From the NCBI RefSeq assembly GCF_038025025.1, contig NW_027117339.1, positions 434,001 to 498,000 of the forward strand: a DNA stretch of 64,000 bases, in the 5' to 3' direction. This DNA is from Phyllosticta citribraziliensis. Taxonomy: Eukaryota. The position numbers and the translations under genes are program-made. Below the pieces are notes generated by a model. It was given only the letters and a program-made list of their open reading frames with translations. It was not told the DNA's origin and did not search any database. Below are positions 12,332 to 25,000 of this stretch, piece after piece. Position 1 is the stretch's first letter; every line of letters starts with the position of its first letter.

Positions 12332-14316
12332 ATGTCGAACCCTGCGCGCACCCTCGACATATGCACGGATGCCAGTGTGACCATTCTTCCTGACCCTTTG
12401 CAGCATAGTCAGTCACGAGCTGTGGTTGAGCGGCCCAAGCTCGCTCCGACATACTACGACCACTCTAACCCACCTCACTCCAAGCATTACAACTATCTAC
12501 ACACAGCAAACATGCGGCATTCTTCCTGGCGCTCAGTAAGCGTCCTGCTCACACCAGGGGTCCCAACAAGATCCAACTCCAAATCGACCGTCAACACCTC
12601 TGACGAACCGACACCGCGGATCGAGGTGACAATACCCACACCTCAGCTCGACATTCCCCTCCCAAAGAGACAGTACGAAGACACTTACGGCGACGACCAT
12701 ACCGGACCCATCAAGCCAAACCGAACATACCGCATCCACGACATTGAAAAGACGAGTAGCGAGACCGGCCTCTTCCCCGCCTCATCTTCCGTCTACTCAT
12801 CCGCAGGCAGCTACTCGCCGCCCATCAGCGCCCTCGCCGTACGGGCACCCGACGGTGGCGGCGTCGCCTGGGCCACGGCGCTTGCGGGGTTCCTCGTCGC
12901 CTTCAACTGCTGGGGGCTCAACTTTGCGTTTGGAGTGCTGGAGCCATGGTACCGGTCGTCGCTGCTGGCCGAGCACGCGGCGTCGCGGATTGCGTGGATC
13001 GGCTCGACGCAGATGGCGCTGCTGTTCCTCGTCGCGCCGCTGGCCTCGCTGCTCTACGACTACGGCTACTTCCGCTTCCTGTTCAACGGCGGCACCATCC
13101 TGCTGCTCGGCGCTTGTCTGGCGACCAGCTGGTGCCGCACGTGGGTCACCTTGTTCGTCGCCCAGGGCCTTGTCACTGGCATTGCGAATGGCATGGTGTT
13201 TTGCTCTGGCGTCCGCGTGCTCATGGGCCTGTTTGACAAGAGGGTCGGTCTGGCGTTTGGCATTGGCGCCATGGGCGCGAGCGTCGGCGGCATCGTCTTC
13301 ACGCTGGCGGTCCAATACATGCTCCCGGAAACTGGCTTCGGCTCCACCTACCGCGTCCTCACGCTCATTGTGCTCGTCACGATGCTGTTTCCGACGCTGG
13401 TCGTCAAGCCATGGGCAGGCGAGTGCAGAACGGCAAAGGAGAAGGTCCGGCTCGGTATTGTGTTCCTCGACGGCGCGTTCTGGGTCATGATTTTGGGCAT
13501 GTTCTTTGCCTTTTGGGGACTCTACTTTGGATACTACTACGTCAGTCTCTTACCCACACCACACACTGTCTTCTTGAAGCCCAACTGACTTCTTTACAGG
13601 TGACTTCCTATGCGGCCGCATCTCTCAGGACTTCCGCTTCCGCCTCCTCACACACAACGACAGTGACCACGTACCTGCTTACCATGCTCGCCGCGAACCT
13701 CCCGGGTCGTCTCCTCCCAGCCCTGCTCTCCGACACGCTCAGCGGGCCCCTTAACGCGCTATTCCCGTGCGCACTTTCCAGCGCCGCGCTGCTCTACAGC
13801 TACATCCCCGCGCGCTCGTCCTCGGCCGCGCTGTACACCGTGTCAGCGCTCTACGGCTTCGCCAGCGGAGGCATCATGAGCCTCTACGCCGCCGTCGGCC
13901 GGCAATGGGACGCCATCCCCACCACGAGCCCTACTCCCCCGCCAACGGCATCCACAACCGCCGCCGCCAACTCGTCGTCGACTAGCATGCCCAGCTGCAA
14001 CCCGGATAGCTACATCGACTTCGGCGCCGGCAATATCGCGCCGCTGCCTCCCCTCCCTGCCCCTCTTTCGCCCGCTTCTCGCGACGCGGCTGCCCCCCTG
14101 CGTACGGCTATCGTGCTCGTCGCCGCTGGCTGCGCTGCCCTGACCGGTCCGCCGCTCGGCGGCCACTTGCTGGACGTGGGACAAGAGCGCGAGGGCGCGG
14201 GGCCGGAAGGCTTCGTCATCGCGTTGGCATGGGCGGGCGGCAGCATGGCGGCGGCGGCGCTGTGCTTCGCTGTGGCGCGGGTCATGAGGGTGGGATTCAG
14301 GTGGGCGAGGGCTTGA
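12332..14316 (+). CDS. MFS monocarboxylate-porter family transporter (Mch-like); exons 12332-13540, 13600-14316
   Basis: APDGG..AW, FNCWGLNFAFGV, IAWIGSTQ, LFVAQGLVTGI, GRLLP; about 12 hydrophobic helices; GTCAGT..CTGAC..CAG intron 13541-13599. Confidence 0.88.
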
Positions 14317-14819
14317 GTGGGATGGTTGGGGCATTTTCGACAAGGCTTTATGTTGTATGGCTTGGGTTCTTGCTTTGATGATTTTGGTTATTGTCGTTGC
14401 TGTGCTTTGATGCGGGTTTGAAGTGTGGCGGCGGTGGAAGCCGGAGATGCGAGGGGTCGAGGCGAGGCGACTTGTTGGATGCTGTTTCTTTGGTGCTTAT
14501 ATACCCGGTGTTCATGTGCTCCGGAGGTGTTGTTCGTTCACCCCTGCCTCCCCCTTTTCTCTACTTGGACTGCTAGATTGAGCCGATGGGGAAATGTCCT
14601 CTGCGAAATGGAAATATTGACAAATATCGACACTGAATTCTCCTACAAGACACTCAAGTCCTGCAGAATTTCGGCGCCCTTGGCTAATGTTACAACTCTA
14701 TGATCCGGTTGTGAGATGAGATGCCAGCCTCAAAAACTCCGATGATCTGGCCAAAGAATGGGCCTGAGCCATGATTCCTCTAAACGCCGCAAGACAATGA
14801 TTGACCAAAGCTGTTCCTC

Positions 14820-15644
14820 CTACACCTTCTCCGTTAACCAGATTGCTGCCCTGCAGCCTCCTCTAATGACGTTGGTAAGGAGCTCGTAGGGGCGGGCTTC
14901 CTTTGCGTCGTTCTCCACTGCGTGGTCCAAATGCTCGAGCTCCTCGTCTCTTATGCGCCGCAGATTTGTGAGAAGCTCTTTAAGTTCGGGGCCCAATTTT
15001 TCTCCCTTGGCCTGCAGTTGCTTCTCCCATTCGAGGAGCTCGGCCACTTGCTCGTTGTAGTGCTGGCCGATCTCCGTCTCGACTGCTTCCGTGCACGCCA
15101 TGGCAGCCTCGCGCCCCATGACGCCGGTTCCCCAGCCCAAGACCGTCGACGCGGCTGTCCATAGGGGGTACATGACGGTAGGGCGGATGCGATGCTTGGC
15201 GAGTAGGTGGTTGAAAGTGTCAAAGTGCCCTCGCTCCTGGTCCAGCATGTGCTTCATGAGCGGTCGGAGGTGGGGATGCGAGCGGACGATGGGCGGCGTC
15301 TGAGAGAGGTAGATGAGGACGGCGGCTAGCTCTCCTGCTTGATTGACTCGAAGCTCAAAGGACGTTAGCATTGGCAGTGGGTGATGCAGGGATGATTCTG
15401 GCAGACTCACGGCGCCATCCAGAAATTCTTTTTGCTCACTGCTGAGCGGTGTTCTGAACGTCTCGTGCCCTTGGAAGTCGTGGCTCGAGACTTGGTCCAC
15501 TTGCGGCGCGGCAGCTGTCGAGGCATAGCGCTTTGTTCTTGCGCATCGTGCGAGTGCTCCTGGCGCGGCGAATTCTGATGCGACTGGGAAATGCGGACGT
15601 AGAGCGCGAGCAGCTGCAGCTGATTTGCAGGAGAACGAAAACAT
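14820..15644 (-). CDS. COQ7: 5-demethoxyubiquinone hydroxylase Coq7/Cat5 (di-iron), mitochondrial; exons 15644-15411, 15353-14820
   Basis: LRVNQAGELAA..IY, HM..QE..H, AAMACTEAVETEIG.HYN.Q, RDEELEH, GCRAAIW..EKV; Arg/Ala/Ser-rich presequence. Confidence 0.96.
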   Translation of the reverse strand: MFSFSCKSAAAARALRPHFPVASEFAAPGALARCARTKRYASTAAAPQVDQVSSHDFQGHETFRTPLSSEQKEFLDGAVSLPESSLHHPLPMLTSFELRVNQAGELAAVLIYLSQTPPIVRSHPHLRPLMKHMLDQERGHFDTFNHLLAKHRIRPTVMYPLWTAASTVLGWGTGVMGREAAMACTEAVETEIGQHYNEQVAELLEWEKQLQAKGEKLGPELKELLTNLRRIRDEELEHLDHAVENDAKEARPYELLTNVIRGGCRAAIWLTEKV

Positions 15645-16240
15645 GTTGAAGAAGCTATCCAAGAAAAAAAGCCGAGGGGAAAATTTGGTCGAGTAGAAAT
15701 GGAGGTTGCGGCGAACCGGTGGTGGTGAGGTCAGAGACATCATGGTAGACTTTGGCTTGGCCTGAAATCGCCGGGGATCGGCAGCGCGTTTCGACGCACG
15801 GACCCGTTCCAGATTGCGTCACACGTGATCCGAGCCCTGCCCTGGCAGACATCCTTGCACGGCTCCCTCTTCCGGAGTTTTTCCACGTCGCATAGCCAAA
15901 GCGCAGTGAAATGCCCGTCTCCGCGACTTGCTGGCTACAACCTGACCCTCGACTTCGCCCTCCAGTACCACCGCCACCATCCGCATAGCCTCCGCCTCTC
16001 TACAATCCATTCAGGTCTCCACAACTGTTGGGATCTCCTGTCCTCCATCCGTCCCTCACGAACCTGTACGCGTGGGCTATCAGCTACCGACGCGCCGCCA
16101 CCAGCCCCCAGCTTCAGTTCTCCTGAACCGCAAGGCCACGCTCAGGATAGCTGCTGCTACATCTTGAGAACTACCACGCGAACAGTCTCCTCGCTTCTAC
16201 ACATCCTCTTTTCTGGATTCGTCGCTCCTCGACAGCCACC

Positions 16241-17942
16241 ATGTCTGACGACGGTCTCGACCTTGACGCCGAGCTCCTTGCTCTAGCTGGCGATGCCGCA
16301 GGCGATGATGAGCAGGACGATGGCCTTCAGTCCCGCCAGAGCCGCTCTCCATCTCCACGTTCCTCACCACAGCCATCCGGACGACACAGCTCGCCAGAAC
16401 AGTCTCCTCCGCGTCGAAAGACGAAATCTCGCAAGACTGGGGGCCGCCGTAGGAAGGATGACAGCGAAGAAGAGGGCGAAGCGTGAGTATCTGTCAAAGG
16501 ACTCTTTCAACGCCATGGCTGACGTTGTCCAGCTCTGATGGAGCCTCTTCGCAAGACTCTCTTGGTTCCGGCGCGATGGACGAGTCTGATTCTGATGCTG
16601 GTGCCGATTCTGGGCCAGATGACAGCAATCCTTACCCCATCGAAGGAAAATTCACATCGTACGAGGACAAGGCGCGAATCATGGGTTTGCCCGAGCTCGA
16701 GAGAGAATCCATCCTGGCCGAGCGGTCGGCGGAGATGGAACGTCGTACCCAAGACCTCAACATGATGCGTCTCATGGCCGGTCGGCAAGCAAAAGAGGAC
16801 AAGAAACGAAAGGCGGGAACAATGGACCTGGATGAGGACCAGCGCAAGAGCAGCAGGCAGAGAATCCGGGGCGTCGGCGATGAAAAGCTGGCAGCCTACA
16901 AAAAGCAGAGGGAACAGACGTTCGAGCAAAGAAATCGCCGCAACCGCACACGTCGGTCTCCTTCTGTTGCGAGCGAGCGCCACCAGTCCGACCTCGATGC
17001 CGAGGGCGACAGTGACGTCGAGTGGGACGAGCGTCGCAAGTCTCCCGCTCGCGATGAGCCTCCTGCCGAGCTGAGAGACTTTGAACGCGTTCGCGTGGGA
17101 CGGTCCAACTTTTCAAAAGTCTGCTTCTACCCGGGCTTTGGCGAACACCTCATCGGTTGCTATTGCCGCGTTTCCATTGGGCAGGACAAGTCGACAGGGC
17201 AAGGCATCTACCGGATGTGCCAGATCAAGGACTTCACAGAGGGCAATCCTTACACTATGCAAGGATCGACTGGCAAACCTGTCAAGACTGATCAGTACGT
17301 CTTGGTCACCTTTGGCAAGGCCGAGAAGGAATGGCCCTTTATCATGTGCTCGGACTCGAGATTTACGGAGGTAAACTTACTCGCGAATTCGTTTGGAGCC
17401 TGTGCTGACGTTCCAAGGCCGAATTCGAGAAATACAAGCGTACTTGCGAGACCGACGACGTTAAGATCCCGACGAGGTCGAAGCTGAACAAATATCTCAA
17501 CGGCATCCACAGCTTGCTCGAACGCCGTTGGACCGACGAGGAGATTGCCGAGAAGCTCAGAAGGCAAAACAAGTACGCGTACGAGATGGCCGCCGTGACG
17601 CGCAACACGCCCGTCATCCCCACTCGCGAGCTCAAGCTGCAGGCACTCAACAAGAGCATCCGCAAGGCCAACCGGGAAGAAGTGCGCAACGCGCTGACAG
17701 CCAAGGCGGTCGAAAAGGCAGCCGCGTCCGAAAAGGCACGCTTGGCCAAGCTGGAAGAAGAGCAGGCCAGGAAAGTCACGGGCGATCCGCTCTTTGACGG
17801 CAGTGACATCAGCAGGACTGGTACGCCGTCGCAGCCCAAGAAGGAGAAGAAGGAGCGCAAGGGCATTCCGACGTTCACGAAGAAGACAATGGATGACGAG
17901 ATGATTGGCTCCATGGATCTGGGCATTGATGTTGAGATTTGA
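16241..17942 (+). CDS. RTF1: Paf1 complex subunit Rtf1 (Plus-3 domain); exons 16241-16482, 16533-17370, 17418-17942
   Basis: DLDAELLALAG, YPIEGKF...LPELERESILAER (HMD region), Plus-3 domain RVRVGR...GCYCRVSIG...YRMCQI, acidic end DLGIDVEI; two in-frame introns. Confidence 0.93.
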
Positions 17943-18858
17943 GAGGGACCTTCTCTTTCATGGGGCTGGACGGAAATTGACTTGCCTGGGAGTTGGCGTG
18001 TAACTGATCCAGAGGATAAGTAGAGGTTCACGGCTACCAAGGGCAGATTCGAAGTCTCAACCGTTCGCTGAAGTGTCGCGCGAAATGGCTCTCTTTCCCG
18101 CTCTGCCACTGCTCGAGTCAAGCGCTGTTGTGGGAAGAATGGCAGCTCTCGATTCATTGATCTCATCGATAGACTGAAGCCCCCAAGGGGTGGAGCTTTT
18201 CCCAACCGAAGAAGCAAGCGGTATAGAACAGCGAACTAGTGCGACATCACACCATGTGCTGCATCTTGGGAAGCAATGAAAGCTGGTCGTCACTTTTGGA
18301 TCAGCGGGCGAATTCTCCTAGTCGACAGTGATGCTCTTCTCCCCCCTCTGCTTCGACTGCAAGACAAATGCTGCTCCGCCAGCTCGCCAGCCAGCCACTT
18401 GGGTGCACATGGCCACTATCCTTCCTCGACGAGGAAAAGAAACTCATGACGCCAAACGACCCATAGCCCCCTTCTATGCCTTGCCACACCCTACCCACTC
18501 CGTCGCCTCCCCGGAACAAGAAACAGAATTGGAAGAACAGGGAAATGATTATTGTGGAAAGAAACAAGCACATCTTCTCATCTCAAAACGCCGTACGCCA
18601 ATCCAGTCCGTCCATCCGTCCGTCCGTCCGTTTTGCCTCAACCGCTTCCAGCGTAGATGCGTCGACTGCTTCCTCCGTCAGGTCTGCGGACGAAGAGGTT
18701 CATATGAGAAAGGGTGGAAGTCACCTCGTGCGTTGGCTGCTCTGCTCGACTCGACTCGACTCAATTCAGCTCGAATCCGCGTCTTCCCCCTCTTAATCCA
18801 TTCGTGCATGCTGCATCCGCTTCTCGCCCCCTTGGGCCTCCTTCTCAACGACGCGCAA

Positions 18859-19134
18859 CTAACACCACGCACACCCGCCACACCGCACGTGGCCGCAGCG
18901 GCGGGCATCGCAGCCGGGGGCGCGCGCCGGGTGGTATGCGGCGCAGCGGCAGCATTGCCACGTTTGCTGCATTTGCTGCGGCACGGGGGAGGTTGTGTGG
19001 GAGGAGTGAGAGCAGGAGTGAGAGTAGGGGGAGGTGTGGATGTGTGTGCGGGGGAGGATGGGTAGTGGGAGAGGGAGAGGGTGGAGAGAGAGTTGGAGAT
19101 GGGTATGGGGAGTCGTTGGTCGTTGTTGTTGCAT
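18859..19134 (-). CDS. Candidate 91-aa small protein with C-terminal WxCCxC...C...CxHxRCxxC putative zinc-binding motif
   Basis: ATG 19134 to TAG 18859; ends WQCCRCAAYHPARAPGCDARRCGHVRCGGCAWC; only protein-like ORF in a 4-kb gene-poor interval. Confidence 0.55.
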   Translation of the reverse strand: MQQQRPTTPHTHLQLSLHPLPLPLPILPRTHIHTSPYSHSCSHSSHTTSPVPQQMQQTWQCCRCAAYHPARAPGCDARRCGHVRCGGCAWC

Positions 19135-20549
19135 GGTGGATGATGCTGTTGTTGATTGGTGGTAGTGGATTTTGAAGAGACGACGCAATGGACGAAGATG
19201 TGAGAGGTTGTCGGCAAGAGGGGTTCGTTCTGTCGTCTTGTCGTTTGTGGTGCTGAACTGGAGGTCGTCGTCTGTTGTCGTCGTCTTCCAAGTCCTGCTC
19301 CTTCTGCTCTTCTCTTCCCTTCACTTCTCTTCTTCTCCGTCTCTTCTCTTCTCTTCCCTTGCTCTTTTCTTCTCCTCTCTCCTTCTCTCTTCTCCCACGC
19401 AGTTGACGTGGCTGTGATGTTGTTGGTAGCAGCAGAAGCGAGCCTTGACTTGCTCAGCCAACAGCCGTCGTCACGAAAAAGAGAAAATCGCCCGTCAGCC
19501 TCAGTGCTGCGTGGTGGTGGCGGCGCGCCTGAGGGGAGCCCTGATGTCGATCAGGGACAAGCAACGAATAACGGGGCGTTTGGCCGGCCGTTCGTGACGG
19601 GCGTGGCTGCTTTGACTTTTTCCCGTCGAGGGCCGATAGGGAAAAGTTAAGCCAAATTATGGAAGGTGTGAAGACGTTTGTGATTGCCGTTTTTGTTGGT
19701 GTGTTTGTGGGTGATGGGTATGGAGGTTTGTGGTAGGGATATATGACCACGGAGGCTGAAGGGAAGAAGACAATGGTGTAGTGGTCGATCGGGGAAAAAG
19801 AGGTAGTGACAAATGAGTAGAAAATGTTCGACTGCTTTCAGGCACGGTAATAGCCAGCAAATGGTGCTCTCCTAATTCATCCCCCCGTCGACCCCGAGCA
19901 GGACACCTCGAGATATATGCGCTCCCACGAACACCAACCCATATCGATAAAATTAGCAAGACGAAGATCTGATCGTGCGCAGTAACCATCAGTCAGTGCG
20001 TCCATCAATGATGTGATGGTGTTTGCTGCTCTCTGTCTGGACGTCGTCTGTCTGTGTCTCCGTCTGTCGGGTGTTTGCTCCGCCGCAGCGAGCCACAGCC
20101 CGGTCTGTCTCCATCGCAGTTGCGTCAGTCAGACATTCAAAAATCAATGGGACGGGCCGTCAAAGCCTCCAAGCAGCACCTTAGACCCGGTAGGCGGGTC
20201 GCGGGTAGCGGGTCGCCGCGGGGTGCGTCTATTCTTCCATGCACGCATGTCTCGTCCAAACGTCTCGTTTGCGCAATGACACGTTCGATTTACCGCAACC
20301 ACTGACGCGCGCAAGACTGCTGCAAAAGTAAAAAGCGACGAGCGGTGAAGAAAAAGTCGCCGTCGGGAGATTGCGTGTGGTGTTCGGATGGCAGCCGAAG
20401 TAGGACGATTATGTTGTGGTGGAGAGCTTGATGAGAGATGGATGGTCATTCGCGTATTTGGCCTGTCGATGCAGCAGCACGCTGAGACAGACAAGCTTAA
20501 TTTTGGGACCGCTCGCTCGCCTACACACGGAATAGGTACGTACGCATTG

Positions 20550-20583
20550 CAAGACAAGACAAGACAAGACAAGACAAGACAAG
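20550..20583. repeat. (CAAGA)n pentanucleotide microsatellite
   Basis: caagacaagacaagac... directly visible. Confidence 0.9.
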
Positions 20584-22038
20584 AGGCAAGACACGTCAGT
20601 GCGCGCGGATGCGCGGCTACGGTCTATAATTGTTTTGTCGGAACGGCCGACCGAGCGCTTGTTGGCTTTTTCGACTGGTCAATTTGGGCATGTATCATGA
20701 CGCTGCGAACACGTAGGGATTCAAGGAAAATGGTCTGATTCGATAAATCAGAGATATCGGTTCCATCTGTGGGGGCATCATAATTCCGCATCTACTTTGA
20801 AAGGGACAAGCGTCCCCAAAAGCATCCACCATAGCGCCCAATGTCGACCTCCCCTCAGTAAACTACGGACGGCAAGGAAGAATATCACCGAAAAAGCTCA
20901 TCTCAGGTCCGTCGCCCTCTCATCACGCTTGAATATGAGCCGAAAGCGAAATGAGGTAGGCAAAAGCAAAAAAGACGAGGTGAGATCTGAGAGAAAAGAA
21001 AAAGCACAAAAGCTCCGACTGGCCCCACCGTTCAATGTCTGTCACCATTGCCTTGTCTTTTTCTTTTTCTCGTTCTTAATTTTCTTTCATTAGTTGGTTC
21101 AAATGGCCGCATACCTCCTAACGCACCACCGACTTACTGACTCACAGCTTCAAGGTCCCGTTGACTGACAATAGACTGGGACGATAGATGGTAAGGCAAG
21201 GAGTCGACAGAGGCCGTCGCGACGGTCGAATTGACCGGCAGCGCCCGTTAGACGATTCGACCAATACACAGCAGGCAGCATATTGTGCAAGTAATGAGGC
21301 AGGGCAGAAGCAAAATGCCATTAAAGCTCTTCAGGACCTAGATATCTCCCATCGCAATCCGGTCCATCCACCCACTGCCGCCATTTTTACTCCTTCGTCC
21401 GTCTCAACCCGAAGTAGAAAAGCTCTGCTCTCCGCAACGCCCAATCTCTGTGCGCCGCATCCCGCTGTCGATTGGCCGGTGCCCGCTCGCCCTCGAAATG
21501 CTGTCTCCCCCGCGCATGTCCGTCCGTCCGTGTGTGTGCATGCCCATCATCGCTTGCAGAAAAGAGAAAGAAAAAAAGGGGGGTTGGTCCACTGCCAGTT
21601 CAATCATTCCATTCAGTCCCATTGTGCCTCGCCATGCTATGCTATGCAGATGAAGAAGTCGGGGAGCAGCAACACCAGCAAGAAAAGTGGAAAAAGCAAA
21701 AAGAAGCAAAAAAACAGAGAAGTGAAGGGGAAAGCAGCACGGACAGCACGAGGTCCAACTGCGAGGCGGTTGGTTGGGGGAAAAGTTTCCCCGGCGTGTG
21801 CTGACAGCAGCCGTGTTTTTCGTCGGAAGAAACCATGCATTCGACCTCCGTTTCGAGGGAGGGGTTTCTGTCGTCGTCGTCATGTGAAAATGTCGTTCGT
21901 TGATTGTAAAGTACAGGTGACTTTTAGCGGGCGTCCTTATGAACCAGTCCCTTTGGCTCTGGCAGAAAGGCCCGTTTTCAGAAGCAGTTGGCGTTCCAAG
22001 TCTTCGTTCTCGGAAAGAGCAACATGGATGGTGGCGCC

Positions 22039-25000
22039 TCACTCATGGAGGTAGGTGCACTTGTCACCCTTGATGCATTTCCCCTCCTTCCAGAAGCGGC
22101 AAGGCAAGATGAATTGCGGTGGTACATACTCGCCGCCCGGTCCACGACCACCGCGCCACTTCTTGCCCTTCTTGAAGTTGCCGTCACGCCCGTCGTTATT
22201 GCCATCGCGACCCCGTTTATTGCGCTCTTCGTCAAAAGTTTGCTGCTGCGGAGGCAGCGAACTTTCTGTCGAAGCTTGCGGGGGAGTCGAGACGCCGAAG
22301 CTGGGGGCGGCGCCAGACGATGCGGCGCCACCGAACATGGCCCCGAGATCGAACCCGGACAAGTTTGGAATAGTGGGCATCGATGACATGTTGGGCATGG
22401 TCATGGGCATGTTGGAAAAGGCAGTGGTCTGCTGAGGCGGCTGAGGCGGTTGAGCCTGAGCTTGCTGAGGCTGCTGCGCACTCATGTTACCTAGGTTGGC
22501 GAGGATGGCTTGAATGTCGATTTTGGATTGCGCCTCCGCGGTGACTGGAGCTGGGGGTTGAGGTTGAGCTGGCTGCTGCTGTGGTTGACTGAACATGGAA
22601 AATGTCTTCTCCAAATCGGTCTGTGAGGCGCCCGGCTGAGGTTGCTGTTGAGAGGTAGAGCTGAGCAATGCGAGGATGTGTGAAATGTTGGGTGCTCCCG
22701 CTTCGGTGCTTGGAGTTTCAGTCGCAGGAGGAGCAAACTTAGACGCGCGTTCGAGCACGAGCTCCGATGGAGTACCAAATAGCAGAGGTTCCTTCTGCTC
22801 AACCTCCTCCGCAGGTGGGTCACGCGGATTCGGTGGCACATCCGCTGATGACGTGTAGAACACGAGTAAAGTGTTGGCCTCATGCTGCTCTTGAACAGCT
22901 TTTTCTGGACTCTCCGGCTTCAGTGCTCCTCCGCCATAAGGCTCGTAATTCCTGCTCTTCTCATCGAGCGGGACGTCGGCGAAGTCGACAAGCGAGGGGG
23001 AGGCCCACGTTCTCACGTCCTCCTCGCTCGGCCGATCGTCGTCCTCGTCTAGGTCCATCATATCTTTGTGCTGCTTGAACATGCGACCTTCGCCACCGAC
23101 GTCGTCAACGTCACGGACCATGGCGGCGTCGTGGCCTAACTCCTCTTCCGGGTCGTGAGTGAAGAGTCTCACAGACACAAGCTGACCGGCGTTCTCATGG
23201 TCCACCCACTTCACCTTAAGCCTGCGCCTCTGCTCCTTGCGAATACGCTTGGCTCTTTCTTCATCCGACTCGGGCGGTCGATGTTCTTCTGGTTTGACCA
23301 CGGGCTTTTCTTCCTTCGGTTTGGTCAGGTTTGCCATGGTTTCCGCAAACGAGAAGCGCGGAGCAGCTGGAGTCGGTGCGGGCTTCTTGACTGCAGCAGC
23401 AGCAGCAGTTGCCGAGGCAGGCTTTTGACCGTTTGTAATGGCAGATTTCTTCGAAGCCGATTGCAGTCCAGGAAACAAGCTGGGCTTGGGAGCCATTTTC
23501 GGTTTGCTTGCTGCCGAAGCTGCACCGCTTGATAATGACGGGGTAGAGGCTGCCAAACTTGGCTTCTTCACCCCTGATGCAGATGCAAGCTTGGCCGCTG
23601 CTGACGAGCCGTTGGTGGATGTCACAGTCTTTTTGACCGGGACGGCCGAAGCACCATCTGCGGGACGTGGACGCTTGACGCCTGCGACAGTGGATGACTG
23701 AGAAGTCTTGCTCGCCTCTGGCTCCTTTTTGACATCGCTTTTCTTCGAATCTTCTGAGTCGTTACCGCCATTCTTCTTGGAATTTTCCTTTGCTCGCGCA
23801 ACGATTCGCTGGGCCAGCACCTTGGTACGCTCATCCCCGCGAGTAAGATAGCGTTTGAGGGCGCCGATGAGCTTGGTCTTTTCCAGGTTCTCATAGAGAA
23901 TATTCTCACAACGAGCGAGCAACTAGGAGCTTGTCAATTTACGTTTATCTGCAATTAATGGAACACGAAAATACCTCAAGAATGGCCTTGGAGAAGAGGT
24001 CGTTGTATTCATTGTCTCTAATTCGGTCTGCCAAAAACTGGTACGCAGCGAATAAGAAGGGCGTATTTGCCCCGAGCCTGAAATGGAGAATTAGTCGGCG
24101 CACGAATCATTATTTGCCTTGGTCCGCGCATCGTAACCAAGGTAGGGCAGAGAGCTTTTGGGGAGGTGTCAGACATGGTTGGCGCTAATCGCCGCTGCAA
24201 AACCATGCTGCACACGGACACGTGACAATGCCAAGATGATGCAAAGCCGCGCAACATTCAAGTCGGCTGCGGCGGTGTTTGTCATCCACAGGGTCCCCGC
24301 GCACATAAAAGCGCATCAAGCCCTAAACGAGAGAACCACTGGCTACTTCAAAGGGGTGCCCGAGACCATATTCACAGCGGTCGGACATTGTCGGGATGGG
24401 ATGGGATCTTTGTGCTTGAGGGGTTTCACGGGGATGCCACTTACGTTCGGATGACGCCTGGATGTCCATACTGAAGCGCGCACTTTATGGCCATCTCCAT
24501 CTGGTCACGTTGATCCTTGACTCTATCTTTGAGTTGATCAAGGTCTCGCATCTTCTTCTGCTCTGCATCCTTGAGAGACTGCTGATCACCCTTCCAGCGA
24601 TTGCGAATGGTGGACAAGATCTCCCAGTAATCCTTGAGCGCTTTTCGAATCTCTACAGCATTTGCCGGCAAATTCCGAGGTCGCCACAAGGCCTTCATGG
24701 TGTCATAACGCACGCGCTGGAGCATCTCTGTAGGGCGCACTGCAGGGAGAGGAGATGGTTCTGGTATAACCTCATCCTCGGACGAGTCGTATTCAGAATC
24801 ATCTGAGGACGTCTCTGTTTCCGAAGATGAATCTGTCTCGTCCTTGATGGTCGCAGGAGAACCGGTTCCAGAGAGCGACTTTGTGCGCATGAGCTTCTCG
24901 GCAGGGCTCTTTGCTTTCTTGGTCGCCTTTGTGATTTTGCCTGGGAGAAGTTAGCACATCATCGTGTTGGGGCAGCGAAACTAGTACCAGCCAGTCTTGA

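Noticed and set aside
14700..14770. GATGA/CTGA motifs suggesting a box C/D snoRNA
   Set aside because: No intact RUGAUGA box, terminal stem or recognisable rRNA guide
21188..22054. 288-aa plus-strand and 212-aa minus-strand ORFs
   Set aside because: Low-complexity, A-run-derived translation with no motifs; likely the 3' UTR of the PNUTS-like gene
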